From Chloroflexota bacterium (GTDB taxonomy: Bacteria > Chloroflexota > Limnocylindria > Limnocylindrales > CSP1-4), in assembly GCA_013698095.1 (NCBI GenBank), contig JACCVQ010000133.1:2596-66595 (forward strand): DNA of 64,000 bases, written 5' to 3'. The notes below the pieces were generated by a model. The model did not search any database. It had not been told where the DNA came from and worked only from the letters and a program-made list of their open reading frames with translations. Shown here one piece after another: positions 1 through 8,409 of this stretch. A program made the translations under genes and the position numbers. Within the stretch, counting starts at the first letter, position 1. The number at the start of each line of letters is the position of its first letter.

Positions 1-1016
1 AATTGAAGGCCGAAGTTTCGCCGGCCGCGGGCGGCGACCGCTCCGACGTCGAAGCCGCGACCGTCGTCGCGGACAGTCAGGACCCAGTCCTCGGGCTCGA
101 TCCCGGTGGCCACCGTGACCGCCGAGGCTGCTCCGTGCTTGCGCACATTCTGCAGTGCTTCCTGCAGGACGCGCAGGACGACCGTCTGCTGGGGACCGGT
201 GAGACGATCCGGCGACGCCTCGAGCTCGGCGCTGATGGCGAGTCCGGTGAGGGCCGTCGTCCGGCCGATCGCGTCCGAGATCGCGCCGTCGAGGCCGAGC
301 TCGTCGAGGACGGGCGGGCGAAGCTGGCTGATGAAGGTCCGGACCGAGCCGAGCTCGCGCCGGAGCAGGTCGCGCAGGAACCGGAGCTCGGTCCGGGCCG
401 CCCGCTCGTCCGTGTCGATCACCCGCTCGATGTACTCGACCTGGAAGATCGCGTTCGACAGGACCTGGGCCGGACCGTCATGGACCTCCTGGGCGAGGCG
501 CGAGCGCTCCGACTCCTGGGCCTCGATGATCCGCATCTGGACATCGGCCGCAATTCCTTCGCCGTCGCTGACCAGGCTGGCGTCGCCGCGCTCCAGGAAG
601 AGCCACGTCGATTCGAGGTTCTTCAGGGCGATCTCGAGCTTGGCCAGCTCGGTCTGCTGCCGGCCCAGCTCCGCGCCGAGCCCATCGACGTCGGTCCGGA
701 GGGACCGGATCCGGGACGCCTCGGCGCCGGCCTCGGCCGCCTCGGCGGCCTGGTTCGCGGGTGCGCTCGCTCCGTCGTCGGCATCGATCGGGCGCCGGGC
801 GTGGGCCTCCGGCCTCCCGCGTTCCACGGCATCGAGCTCGTCACGGAGGGCCTGCCAGCGGTTGAACTCCTCGGCATACGCCGTCCGGTAGCGCTGGCTG
901 ACGGTCCGGAGCGTGTTCGCGCTGTAACCGACCGCCTCGGACGCTTCCGCGCGGAGGCCGTCGATCCGCGCATCGCGGACTGTTCGGATGTCATCGCCGG
1001 ACAACGCAGCGTCCAT
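1..1016 (-). CDS. sensor histidine kinase, HisKA_3 + HATPase_c, cytoplasmic DegS-like (3' end lies outside the window)
   Basis: Not in the supplied ORF track because it has no stop inside the window. The reverse complement from ATG (1016-1014) reads MDAALSGDDIRTVRDARIDGL... It continues through MRIIEAQESERSRLAQEVHDGPAQVLSNAIF (H-box of the HisKA_3 type) to VLRVLQEALQNVRKHGAASAVTVAT and LTVRDDGRGFD (N and G1 boxes). No TM segment is present, and there is a coiled-coil-like N-terminal half. The + ORF 3..1379 is its codon-phase mirror. Confidence 0.8.
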   Translation of the reverse strand, partial: MDAALSGDDIRTVRDARIDGLRAEASEAVGYSANTLRTVSQRYRTAYAEEFNRWQALRDELDAVERGRPEAHARRPIDADDGASAPANQAAEAAEAGAEASRIRSLRTDVDGLGAELGRQQTELAKLEIALKNLESTWLFLERGDASLVSDGEGIAADVQMRIIEAQESERSRLAQEVHDGPAQVLSNAIFQVEYIERVIDTDERAARTELRFLRDLLRRELGSVRTFISQLRPPVLDELGLDGAISDAIGRTTALTGLAISAELEASPDRLTGPQQTVVLRVLQEALQNVRKHGAASAVTVATGIEPEDWVLTVRDDGRGFDVGAVAARGRRNFGLQ

Positions 1017-1039
1017 TCGCCCCGGAGTATACGGGCCAC

Positions 1040-2665
1040 TCACGGACAGACGATGCGGAAGACCCGCGTGTCGACAATGGCCGCGGCGTCGGAGGGGTCC
1101 GTCGGCGTCCCGATGTCCACCGGCTCGAAGCACGCTGCATCGGCCCCGCCGGCCGCGAGGACGCCGGGCCACCCTCCGTGGTCCGTGCTGCTGACGATCA
1201 GCGTTCGGGCGCCGAAGGTTGACGCAAGGTCGACCACGCTGGACGGACTCTCGGCGGGCAGCGCCAGGGAATTCACGCCGGTTGCGGCAGCAAGCCAGAT
1301 CGGAAAGTCGGTGACGATCGGGCCGAGCGTGGCGAGCGGGGTTCCGGCGGCGGTCATCTGCCGTTCGAGCGCCGAATAGCGCGCCTCGACGCTCCGCGAG
1401 TTGCCGCCGAACGACGGGAAGAGCACGGCGCTGAACAGGAGCGCACCGCTGACGGTCAACGCCGGTGCGAGCCAGGCCACCGGATTCGTCCACGCTCGTC
1501 GCAGCCCGATTGCCGCGAGCAGGCGGTCCAGCCCGAGCAACGCCGCGATGACGAGCAGGACATGGACAGGACCCGCGGCGTGAAGGAACGTTCCCCACGT
1601 CGTTGCGACCGGAAAGGCCAGGCTGGTCACGAGGAACGTGATGCCGCCGACCAGCATCACGGCCCGGAGCGACCGCAGACGGACAGCCAGCGGCAGCGCG
1701 ACGAGTCCAACCAGGGACAACGGCGCGCCCGGCAGGAGCAGGACGCTGAACAGGTTGTGGCCGAGTCCTTCGACGCGCATCTCGAGCAGCCGGGCCGGGC
1801 CCACGGCGAGATACCGACTCATCGTGGGTGGGTCCTGCCAGGCGAAGATGTCGAACCCGGTGACCGACAGGGCGTTGGCGAGCGCCTGACCGGGTAGGGG
1901 GTTGCCGAAGACGAGCCAGTCGCGGATCGCCCACGGAGCGAAGATCAGGAGCGCAATCGCACCTGGAACAGCGATCAGGCCGACGCGGGTTGCGCGCGGT
2001 GCGCGGATCCCCGTCGATGCGATGACGGCCCATGCAAGGCCGATCCAGACCGCCTCATTCCGGGTGAGCGCCGCCAGCCCGATCAGGACGCCGAGGCCGA
2101 GAAGTCGTCGATCCACCCATCGGATCGCCTCTCCCGCGGCGCTGAGCCGGGTCATCAACAGGCACGCGCCGAGGGCGAGGGCCGCAAACAGCATCGTCGA
2201 GTCCGGCAGGGTTGAGTGGAGGAGCAGCGGAAGGTAGACGGCGCACGTCAAGCCCGTCCCGATGGCAAGGGTCCGTGCCCTGCCCTTCGGCAGTCCCTTC
2301 TCCGCTGCAACGTCGGCCGCGATGCGCCATGCCAGCACCGGAATGAGGGAGCCGACGATGACCGGCACCAGTTGGGCGACCCTGAAGCTGGTGCCCAGGA
2401 CCAGCATCGGCAACGCGGACAGGAATGTCGGAAGCGGCAGCCAGACCTCGAAGGCGGGCCGCGGGAAGATCAGCGGCGGCGTCTGGTAGCTCCACAGGGC
2501 GTCGGAGACCAGGCCGCGGCCCTCGACCAGCGCCCGTGACGCGGAGACGTAGTAGGCCGTGTCCTCCGGGATCGGAAACACCACGAACGACGCCGTGACT
2601 GTCCGGACAACGACCGAGATGAGAAACAGGCAGACCGCGGCCTGGACGGCCTCGCGACGCGTCAC
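1040..2665 (-). CDS. GT-C fold membrane glycosyltransferase, ArnT/PMT-like (PMT_2 type)
   Basis: ORF 1040..2707. GTG at 2665 overlaps the upstream stop (GTGA, 2662-2665), so 2665 is the preferred start. It has a multi-TM N-terminal body with FPIPEDTAYYVSASRALVEGRG near TM1, followed by a soluble C-terminal domain of about 130 aa. This layout is typical of polyprenyl-P-sugar dependent GT39/GT83-like enzymes. Confidence 0.72.
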   Translation of the reverse strand: MTRREAVQAAVCLFLISVVVRTVTASFVVFPIPEDTAYYVSASRALVEGRGLVSDALWSYQTPPLIFPRPAFEVWLPLPTFLSALPMLVLGTSFRVAQLVPVIVGSLIPVLAWRIAADVAAEKGLPKGRARTLAIGTGLTCAVYLPLLLHSTLPDSTMLFAALALGACLLMTRLSAAGEAIRWVDRRLLGLGVLIGLAALTRNEAVWIGLAWAVIASTGIRAPRATRVGLIAVPGAIALLIFAPWAIRDWLVFGNPLPGQALANALSVTGFDIFAWQDPPTMSRYLAVGPARLLEMRVEGLGHNLFSVLLLPGAPLSLVGLVALPLAVRLRSLRAVMLVGGITFLVTSLAFPVATTWGTFLHAAGPVHVLLVIAALLGLDRLLAAIGLRRAWTNPVAWLAPALTVSGALLFSAVLFPSFGGNSRSVEARYSALERQMTAAGTPLATLGPIVTDFPIWLAAATGVNSLALPAESPSSVVDLASTFGARTLIVSSTDHGGWPGVLAAGGADAACFEPVDIGTPTDPSDAAAIVDTRVFRIVCP

Positions 2666-4323
2666 GGTGTCACGTCGCGGAAGTCCGCGGTCGCGACGAC
2701 CGAGCACCGCCGGTCGGCATCACTCAGGCAGATCGGATAGAGAGCGATACGCGGCGGACCGCCATCAGTTCCGGGAATCGTGAAGACCGGCGCCCCGATC
2801 CATGACGGTCGACTGTCGCCGCGCAGGACGGGGGCCATGGAGGTCGCGATCTCATCGCGCTCGAGGACGAGCCACGCCGTGCGATACGCGGTTGCGATCT
2901 CGCGCTGCGTCTCGATCGAGTCATTGGTCGTGACGACGCCGCCTCGGCCGGTGAGATAGCGATAGCCCGCGGCGTCGATCGTCAGGAGGCGGTCATCGGC
3001 CGCGGCGCCCGCGATGTCGAGGGCGGCCGCCAGCGTCAGGCGTGCCTGACGCTTCTCATTCCAATCGGCATCGACGACCACCGTCCCGACCAACGCCGCG
3101 ACGATTCCGATGGCAACCGTCGCTCCGCTGAAGACATGCGTCGCGTCCTCGCGATTCCACGTCCGACGGCGCGCGGCGATCCACGCGACACCCACGGCGG
3201 TCCCTTCCAGAGCAAGAACGTAGCCATGGGGGACGAGGGCGACAGCCGAGTGGATGAATGTCCCGCCCGGAACGTGAATCGCGGACACGATCGCCGAAAA
3301 CGCGAAGAGCGCGGCTGCGTATCCGAAGAACGGTCCGAAATCCACGGACCGCCGCCGCCGCAATGCGCCGATCAGCATGGGAGGGACGAGCAATCCGGCG
3401 CCGACCAGGGTCGTGAAGATGCCCACCGCCGCCACCAGCCCGCCGACTCGGGTCAGGAGGAGCGGCCCGAGGCCCATCCCCAGGAGATGGTCGAGCGTCG
3501 CGGGTGACGTGATCTGGTTCCACTCCTCGATCGAGCGGATGAAGAGCACTTTGCCCGACGCGGAGGAGGGCGAGATCGAGCCGAACACGACGAGCTGACG
3601 CGCGACCCAGGGCGCCATCACGGCGACGAACAGCCCGGCGCACGCGACCGCCGACCAGACGGGGATGGCCGGACGTCGGGATCCGGACGAGCGCCATGCA
3701 CGCCAGCGATCCCACAGGAAGGCGAGTGCGAGGACGCCGCCCGCCAGGACGCCGTCGTTGCGGGCCAGCGTCGCAAGCCCGACCAGCAGGCCCCCCAGGG
3801 CGAACGATCGAGCATGGCCCTTGAGCCCCCGGGCGCCGAGGAACAGGGCGCCGGCGACGAGCGGCTGGTACAGCGAGAAGTTGTCGGTCTGGACCATGAA
3901 GGGAAAGCTCAAAGCTGGAAACGCGGTCAGGATTCCTGCCCCGACGGACACCACTCGACTCGCGCCCGCTTCGCGACCGATCGCCCACGCGAGAGGAGCG
4001 GCGAGCGCCCCGCTCAACGCGAATGGCACGGCGGCCGCGACCGGGTTCATGCCGAAGATCGTGAGAAACGGCACCTGAACGATCGATGCGAGCGGCATCC
4101 AGTGGGCATTGGATGGGATCGGCAGAACCGGATCGGCAGGAATCCGGCCGCCGACTTCGGCAAAGATCCAGACGAAGTCCACGCTGAATCCGCGGGCCTC
4201 GGCGAGCGATCGGGCGACGTCCGCGTAATAGGCCGAATCGGGGTAGGCCGGATCCGGGTGGAGCCAGATCAGGACAAGTCGGCCGACGAGGGCGAGCAGG
4301 TACAGGGCGAGAGGGGTTCGCAC
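2662..4323 (-). CDS. GT-C fold membrane glycosyltransferase, ArnT/PMT-like
   Basis: ORF 2662..4614 was trimmed to GTG 4323, where the protein-like sequence VRTPLALYLLALVGRLVLIWLHPDPAYPDSAYYADVARSLAEARGF starts. The upstream 97 codons are Arg/Pro/Gln-rich and not protein-like. It is polytopic with a C-terminal soluble domain, the same architecture as the downstream neighbour. Confidence 0.72.
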   Translation of the reverse strand: MRTPLALYLLALVGRLVLIWLHPDPAYPDSAYYADVARSLAEARGFSVDFVWIFAEVGGRIPADPVLPIPSNAHWMPLASIVQVPFLTIFGMNPVAAAVPFALSGALAAPLAWAIGREAGASRVVSVGAGILTAFPALSFPFMVQTDNFSLYQPLVAGALFLGARGLKGHARSFALGGLLVGLATLARNDGVLAGGVLALAFLWDRWRAWRSSGSRRPAIPVWSAVACAGLFVAVMAPWVARQLVVFGSISPSSASGKVLFIRSIEEWNQITSPATLDHLLGMGLGPLLLTRVGGLVAAVGIFTTLVGAGLLVPPMLIGALRRRRSVDFGPFFGYAAALFAFSAIVSAIHVPGGTFIHSAVALVPHGYVLALEGTAVGVAWIAARRRTWNREDATHVFSGATVAIGIVAALVGTVVVDADWNEKRQARLTLAAALDIAGAAADDRLLTIDAAGYRYLTGRGGVVTTNDSIETQREIATAYRTAWLVLERDEIATSMAPVLRGDSRPSWIGAPVFTIPGTDGGPPRIALYPICLSDADRRCSVVATADFRDVTP

Positions 4324-4437
4324 GGCCGGTGCAGCGTAGCACCGGGTGTCCGCCCTTCCGACTGGTACGAAGGGACCATGCAAATCGGACCCGCAGCGGG
4401 CCGCGCCCACTCCTCTGCAGTGCCTAGACTCCGGATC

Positions 4438-5379
4438 ATGGAGCTCGGTCGGCGCTTGTGGCTGGTCCTGCGAGCCATCGCCCCAACGACGGAGCTGCTG
4501 CGCCGAAGCGGCGCGCTGCGCTGGCTGTGGCTCGGCATCGCGGTTCTCTGGGCAGCTGGCGGCATCAGGATGTTCCTCTTCCACATCTCGTACGACCCGT
4601 TCACTGACATCCACGTCTACTACGACGCGGCAGCGCGCCTGAACGCCGGACAGCCGCTCTATCCGCCGGGCGCTCGAATCTATCCGCCGCTCTTCTCGAT
4701 CCTGTTCCGCCCGCTCGCGCTGCTGCCGTTCGAGGTCGCGGCCGCGATCTGGGAAGCGATCCTGGTCGGGGCACTCGGGCTGACGATCTGGCTGATCGGG
4801 ATCCGCAAGCCGGCAACGTGGTGGGCGGTCCTCATCCTCGGCATCGGAATCGGCTGGACCCTTGCGATCGGCCAGGTGGAAGCTCTCGTCGCCCTGCTCC
4901 TCGCCATTGGGAGCCCGTTCACCGTTGCCCTTGCCGCCAACATCAAGATCTTTCCGCTCGCGGTCGGGATCTACTGGGTCGCCCGTGGTGACTGGAAAAA
5001 CGTCGGGCGCCTCGCCGGCTGGACGATGGGCCTCGTCCTCGTCCAGCTCGTCCTCGATCCGGCCAACACCTGGGCCTTCCCCGGCACGCTGGGCCCGGGC
5101 CAGATCGCCTCGGAGGTCGGATCGGAGGGGAACCTCTCGCCGTTCGTCCTGTCACCGATCCTCTGGGCGGTCGTCGTCGCGATCGAGGTCGCGGTCGCGT
5201 TCCGGCTTGGCCGCACTCGTTGGGGATGGCCCGCTGCGGTCGCCCTGGCGGTGCTGTCACCACCGCGAGTCTTCTCCTACAACCTCATGACGCTCCTCGC
5301 CTGCCTGGGCGGCCCGGGCACGACGCGCGTTGAGCGTGACACCGCCGGGCCTGCACCTGCGAGCGGCGAACCTCAATGA
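4438..5379 (+). CDS. DUF2029 / GT87-like membrane glycosyltransferase (short, 313 aa)
   Basis: ORF 3814..5379 was trimmed to ATG 4438 (MELGRRLWLVL...). Diagnostic motifs are FTDIHVYYDAAARLNAGQPLYPP...YPPLF and GQVEALVALLLA...ANIKIFPL, as in PimE-type alpha-mannosyltransferases (family GT87). Confidence 0.68.
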   Translation: MELGRRLWLVLRAIAPTTELLRRSGALRWLWLGIAVLWAAGGIRMFLFHISYDPFTDIHVYYDAAARLNAGQPLYPPGARIYPPLFSILFRPLALLPFEVAAAIWEAILVGALGLTIWLIGIRKPATWWAVLILGIGIGWTLAIGQVEALVALLLAIGSPFTVALAANIKIFPLAVGIYWVARGDWKNVGRLAGWTMGLVLVQLVLDPANTWAFPGTLGPGQIASEVGSEGNLSPFVLSPILWAVVVAIEVAVAFRLGRTRWGWPAAVALAVLSPPRVFSYNLMTLLACLGGPGTTRVERDTAGPAPASGEPQ

Positions 5380-6650
5380 CGACCCTCGATCGCCTCCGCA
5401 AACCGGCGATGGCGCGGATGATCCTCTGGACCGGCGGGCTCTTCGGCTGGATCGCATTCGCGGGCTTGACCTCGCAGATGTACCGGAACACGCCGCCGCG
5501 CGCCGGGTTCGACCTGGAGTTGCTGATCGCGGGCGGGCGCGATGTGGCGGCCGGCATCTCACCCTACGACTCGGCGATGCTCGCCGGCCGGCCCGTGGAC
5601 ATCGCGGACCTCTTCTACGCGTATCCGCCGATCGTGGCCCAGGTGTTCTCGCTGTTCGCGTCCCTCCCGTCGGTCGCGATCTCCGCGATCGCAGTGGCGA
5701 CGGCGACGCTTGCGGCCGTCGTCGTGGGTCGCGCAACGGCTACGGCATTCGGCGGACCTGCGATCGGCCGCGCGGCGATGTTGCCCATGGCGGCGCTGCT
5801 TCCGTTCTGGTTCCCCTACACGGTCGGAATGCTGTTCGGCAACATCGACATCTTCTTCCCCGCGCTCTACGGGCTCATCCTCCTCGCAGTCGTTCGCGGC
5901 CAGGGCGCGGGCTCGGAGCGATGGGTCATCGTGGGCGGACTGGCGCTTGCCCTCGCCTCCATCGTGAAGCTGCATCCGGCCGTCCTCGGCGTGTGGATGC
6001 TCGCGCGCGGGCTCGTCGAGTGGCGCCGCCAGGATCGGGGAGCGCAGCGACAAGCCGTCCCGCGAAGCTGGCGGATCGCAGGCGTGTCGATCGTCGCTGT
6101 GGCCGTGGTCCTCGGGCTCAGCCTCGCGGTCGGCGGTGTTCAGCCGTGGGTCGACTACGTGACCGTGTTGCGGGCGGGGACCTCGGTCGACCTGCTCGAC
6201 ACCCGGAACCTCGGGCCCGGGGTCCAGATCGTGATGCTCCTGGGTCTCGGACCCAGCGCCGTCGGGCCGGTGCAGCTGGTTGTCCTTGTCTCGGCGCTCC
6301 TCGTCGCGATCAGCGCGGCGATGCGCGTCGACGACCCGCTCGAGAGCCTCACCTGGGCGGCAACCGCCTCGTTCATCGTCCTGCCGGTGACCTGGTTCCA
6401 CCACTTCGCGGCGCTCATCCCGTTCGGGATCGCGGCTCTCGCCCGCGGCGCGACCGCCGACCCGGCGTCGCGAAGGCAGCTCTGGATCCTGCTCGGGCTG
6501 ACCTTCGCGATCATAACGGTCGGCTTTGCCGGACCGCCGACTTGGCTGCTCGTCCCCGTGTTCATCGCGGCCATGCGGATCAGCCGGACGCGGTCTGCGC
6601 CGCAACCGTCCCAGGAACCGGAGCCTCGGCTCGCGCAGGTCGGTGGCTGA
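5376..6650 (+). CDS. DUF2029 / GT87-like membrane glycosyltransferase
   Basis: ATGA overlap with the upstream stop (5376-5379). Contains GFDLELLIAGGRDVAAGISPYD...FYAYPPIVAQ, then many TM helices and ASIVKLHPAVL (the K-x-x-P motif region of DUF2029). Confidence 0.7.
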   Translation: MTTLDRLRKPAMARMILWTGGLFGWIAFAGLTSQMYRNTPPRAGFDLELLIAGGRDVAAGISPYDSAMLAGRPVDIADLFYAYPPIVAQVFSLFASLPSVAISAIAVATATLAAVVVGRATATAFGGPAIGRAAMLPMAALLPFWFPYTVGMLFGNIDIFFPALYGLILLAVVRGQGAGSERWVIVGGLALALASIVKLHPAVLGVWMLARGLVEWRRQDRGAQRQAVPRSWRIAGVSIVAVAVVLGLSLAVGGVQPWVDYVTVLRAGTSVDLLDTRNLGPGVQIVMLLGLGPSAVGPVQLVVLVSALLVAISAAMRVDDPLESLTWAATASFIVLPVTWFHHFAALIPFGIAALARGATADPASRRQLWILLGLTFAIITVGFAGPPTWLLVPVFIAAMRISRTRSAPQPSQEPEPRLAQVGG

Positions 6651-6735
6651 CGGCGACGCATCCGAGGAGCTCGCGGCGCACCCCAGGCAGATCGCGGCGG
6701 CGGGGAACTTTCGCGCGCCCGAAGAAGCGTCGAGC

Positions 6736-8409
6736 TCATGGTGCCGGGAGCGCCGGGCAGGCCGGATCCACGGCGCCGTACAGGTACAACGGTTCACTCG
6801 GACCGACCACGAGGTACTGCCGGTACGCAGTCGCGTCAAGGTGGACGAGGTGGTACCCGTCAGCGTCGAGCGGGCTGTTCGACAGCACGGCGCAGGGGCG
6901 GGCCGCCAGAAGGAAATTCCAGTACCACGTCAGGCCACGGGCTGGCGAGTCGGCATTCGCCGGCTCGCCACGGTGGAAGCCCGCCCACTCGTAGCCCGCG
7001 TCCACGGTCTCCGGCGCATAGCCCAGGCCCACGGCGGCTGCACCGGCGCGCCAGCGTGCCGCGTCATAGGCGAACGAGTTGGCGCCGATCACCAGGGCTG
7101 AGGCGCCGAGCCACGCCAGCGCCGCGTGGCCGAGCGGTCGGCTCCACCGCGGGCGGCCCGCCCCCGCGGCTCCGGACGCGAGGAGGATCGCCACAATCGG
7201 AATCATTGGAACCAGGTAGCGGTCGAGCGGGTAGGCAGCCATCGAGATCAGGGCGCCGAGTTCCGCGACGTAGCCGATGGCGAACGCCAGGAGCAGCGCG
7301 GTCGGGGTGTGAGCGATGGAGCCCGCCCGCTTCCATGCGGCCCGGATCGTGCGGACGCCGGCCAACTGCCGCGCGGCCCAGCGGACCACGACGGCTGCCA
7401 GCAGGACGGCCGCGAGCACGGCGAGAGCCTCCGACATGGACCAGGCGATCGGATGGATCAACGGGTCGCGCGTCCCGCTGAGCATGGCGTTGCCGATCAG
7501 CCCCTCGGGCATCCAGAACTGGCCGACCAGCGGCCCGATCGTGGGCACGCTGAACGCGATCGCCACCAGCCCGACGCCCAAGAGCAGGTGCAGCGGGCTG
7601 AACGAGGCGAGACGACGCCCGACCGCCGGAACCAGTGCCGGGAGCAGCCCCGCCGCGAGGGTCGTCAGCGCCGGGCCGAGCAGGATCAGCCGCACGGGTT
7701 CCGGTGGCCGGCCGAGACCACCGTTGATCGCGGCTGAGTCGACAAGCGCGAGGACCGTCGCGACGGCTGCCGCCCCCAGGACCGCCAAGGTCAGAATCAG
7801 GAGGCGCTCGCCGGGTCTGCTCCGGACCAACGAAACGGCAAGCACAGCGACGGGTGCGGCGATCGCGAACTCGCGGATGCTCACCCCAAGGACGCCGACC
7901 AGGATGGACGCGGCCAGGGCTGATCGACGCCCGCTGCGGAGCCATGCCATCCCCAGCCATAGCGACAGCATCTCGAGCGCAAACGCTGGGCCGTCGGTCA
8001 TGAAGCTCGCCGACTCGCGCGCGAACCCGGGGAATGTGATCACCAGGACGGCGGCAAGCACCGCAGCCCGGCGGCCCGCCCCGTATCGCCCGAGCAGGTA
8101 CGTGGCGACGATTCCCAGGGCCGCCATGGCCAGGCCGAATGCCGTGTAGGCCCAGCTGGCACCGCCGGCCAGCCACAGGAGCGGCTGCACGAGCACGATC
8201 TGCCCCACGGCGGCGGCCGTGTGACCCGGTATCGCGATGCTGCCGGTGCGATAGAGGCTGTCGGCGCCGCGGATGTAGACCCAGTCGTCATTGCTCGGGA
8301 CGCCCACCGCGCCAGCGGCTGCGGCGAGCGCCAGCGGCGCCCCGACACCGACCAGCAGCAGCGCGGCAAGGGCCACGGCATCGCCCCGGTCGAGGCGCGA
8401 CTCCGTCAC
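6736..8409 (-). CDS. GT-C fold membrane glycosyltransferase, ArnT/PMT-like (paralogue A of a tandem pair)
   Basis: ORF 6736..9243 was trimmed to GTG 8409, which forms a GTGA overlap with the stop of the upstream paralogue. Motifs include PSNDDWVYIRGADSLYRTG, FMTDGPAFALE and VSIREFAIAAP. The C-terminal soluble domain ends in RPCAVLSNSPLD...PLYLYGA. Confidence 0.75.
   Translation of the reverse strand: MTESRLDRGDAVALAALLLVGVGAPLALAAAAGAVGVPSNDDWVYIRGADSLYRTGSIAIPGHTAAAVGQIVLVQPLLWLAGGASWAYTAFGLAMAALGIVATYLLGRYGAGRRAAVLAAVLVITFPGFARESASFMTDGPAFALEMLSLWLGMAWLRSGRRSALAASILVGVLGVSIREFAIAAPVAVLAVSLVRSRPGERLLILTLAVLGAAAVATVLALVDSAAINGGLGRPPEPVRLILLGPALTTLAAGLLPALVPAVGRRLASFSPLHLLLGVGLVAIAFSVPTIGPLVGQFWMPEGLIGNAMLSGTRDPLIHPIAWSMSEALAVLAAVLLAAVVVRWAARQLAGVRTIRAAWKRAGSIAHTPTALLLAFAIGYVAELGALISMAAYPLDRYLVPMIPIVAILLASGAAGAGRPRWSRPLGHAALAWLGASALVIGANSFAYDAARWRAGAAAVGLGYAPETVDAGYEWAGFHRGEPANADSPARGLTWYWNFLLAARPCAVLSNSPLDADGYHLVHLDATAYRQYLVVGPSEPLYLYGAVDPACPALPAP

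Noticed and set aside
3-1379. 458-aa ORF on the + strand at the window start
   Set aside because: It is in the same codon phase as the minus-strand histidine kinase, whose H-box and N/G1 boxes are unambiguous. The + strand product is Arg/Asp/Gly/Pro-rich with no motifs, a typical high-GC antisense shadow.
4324-4614. N-terminal extensions of several long ORFs (2662..4614, 6736..9243, 3814..5379, 12198..13724, 20700..21941, 21167..23080, 22246..24384, 22998..25808, 30745..33831, 33482..34747, 35763..37076, 36722..38449, 37837..39150)
   Set aside because: The extensions overlap the preceding gene in another frame and are Arg/Pro/Gly-rich. In each case they end at an internal ATG or GTG forming a 1- or 4-nt overlap with the upstream stop, or preceded by an SD sequence, exactly where protein-like or hydrophobic sequence begins.
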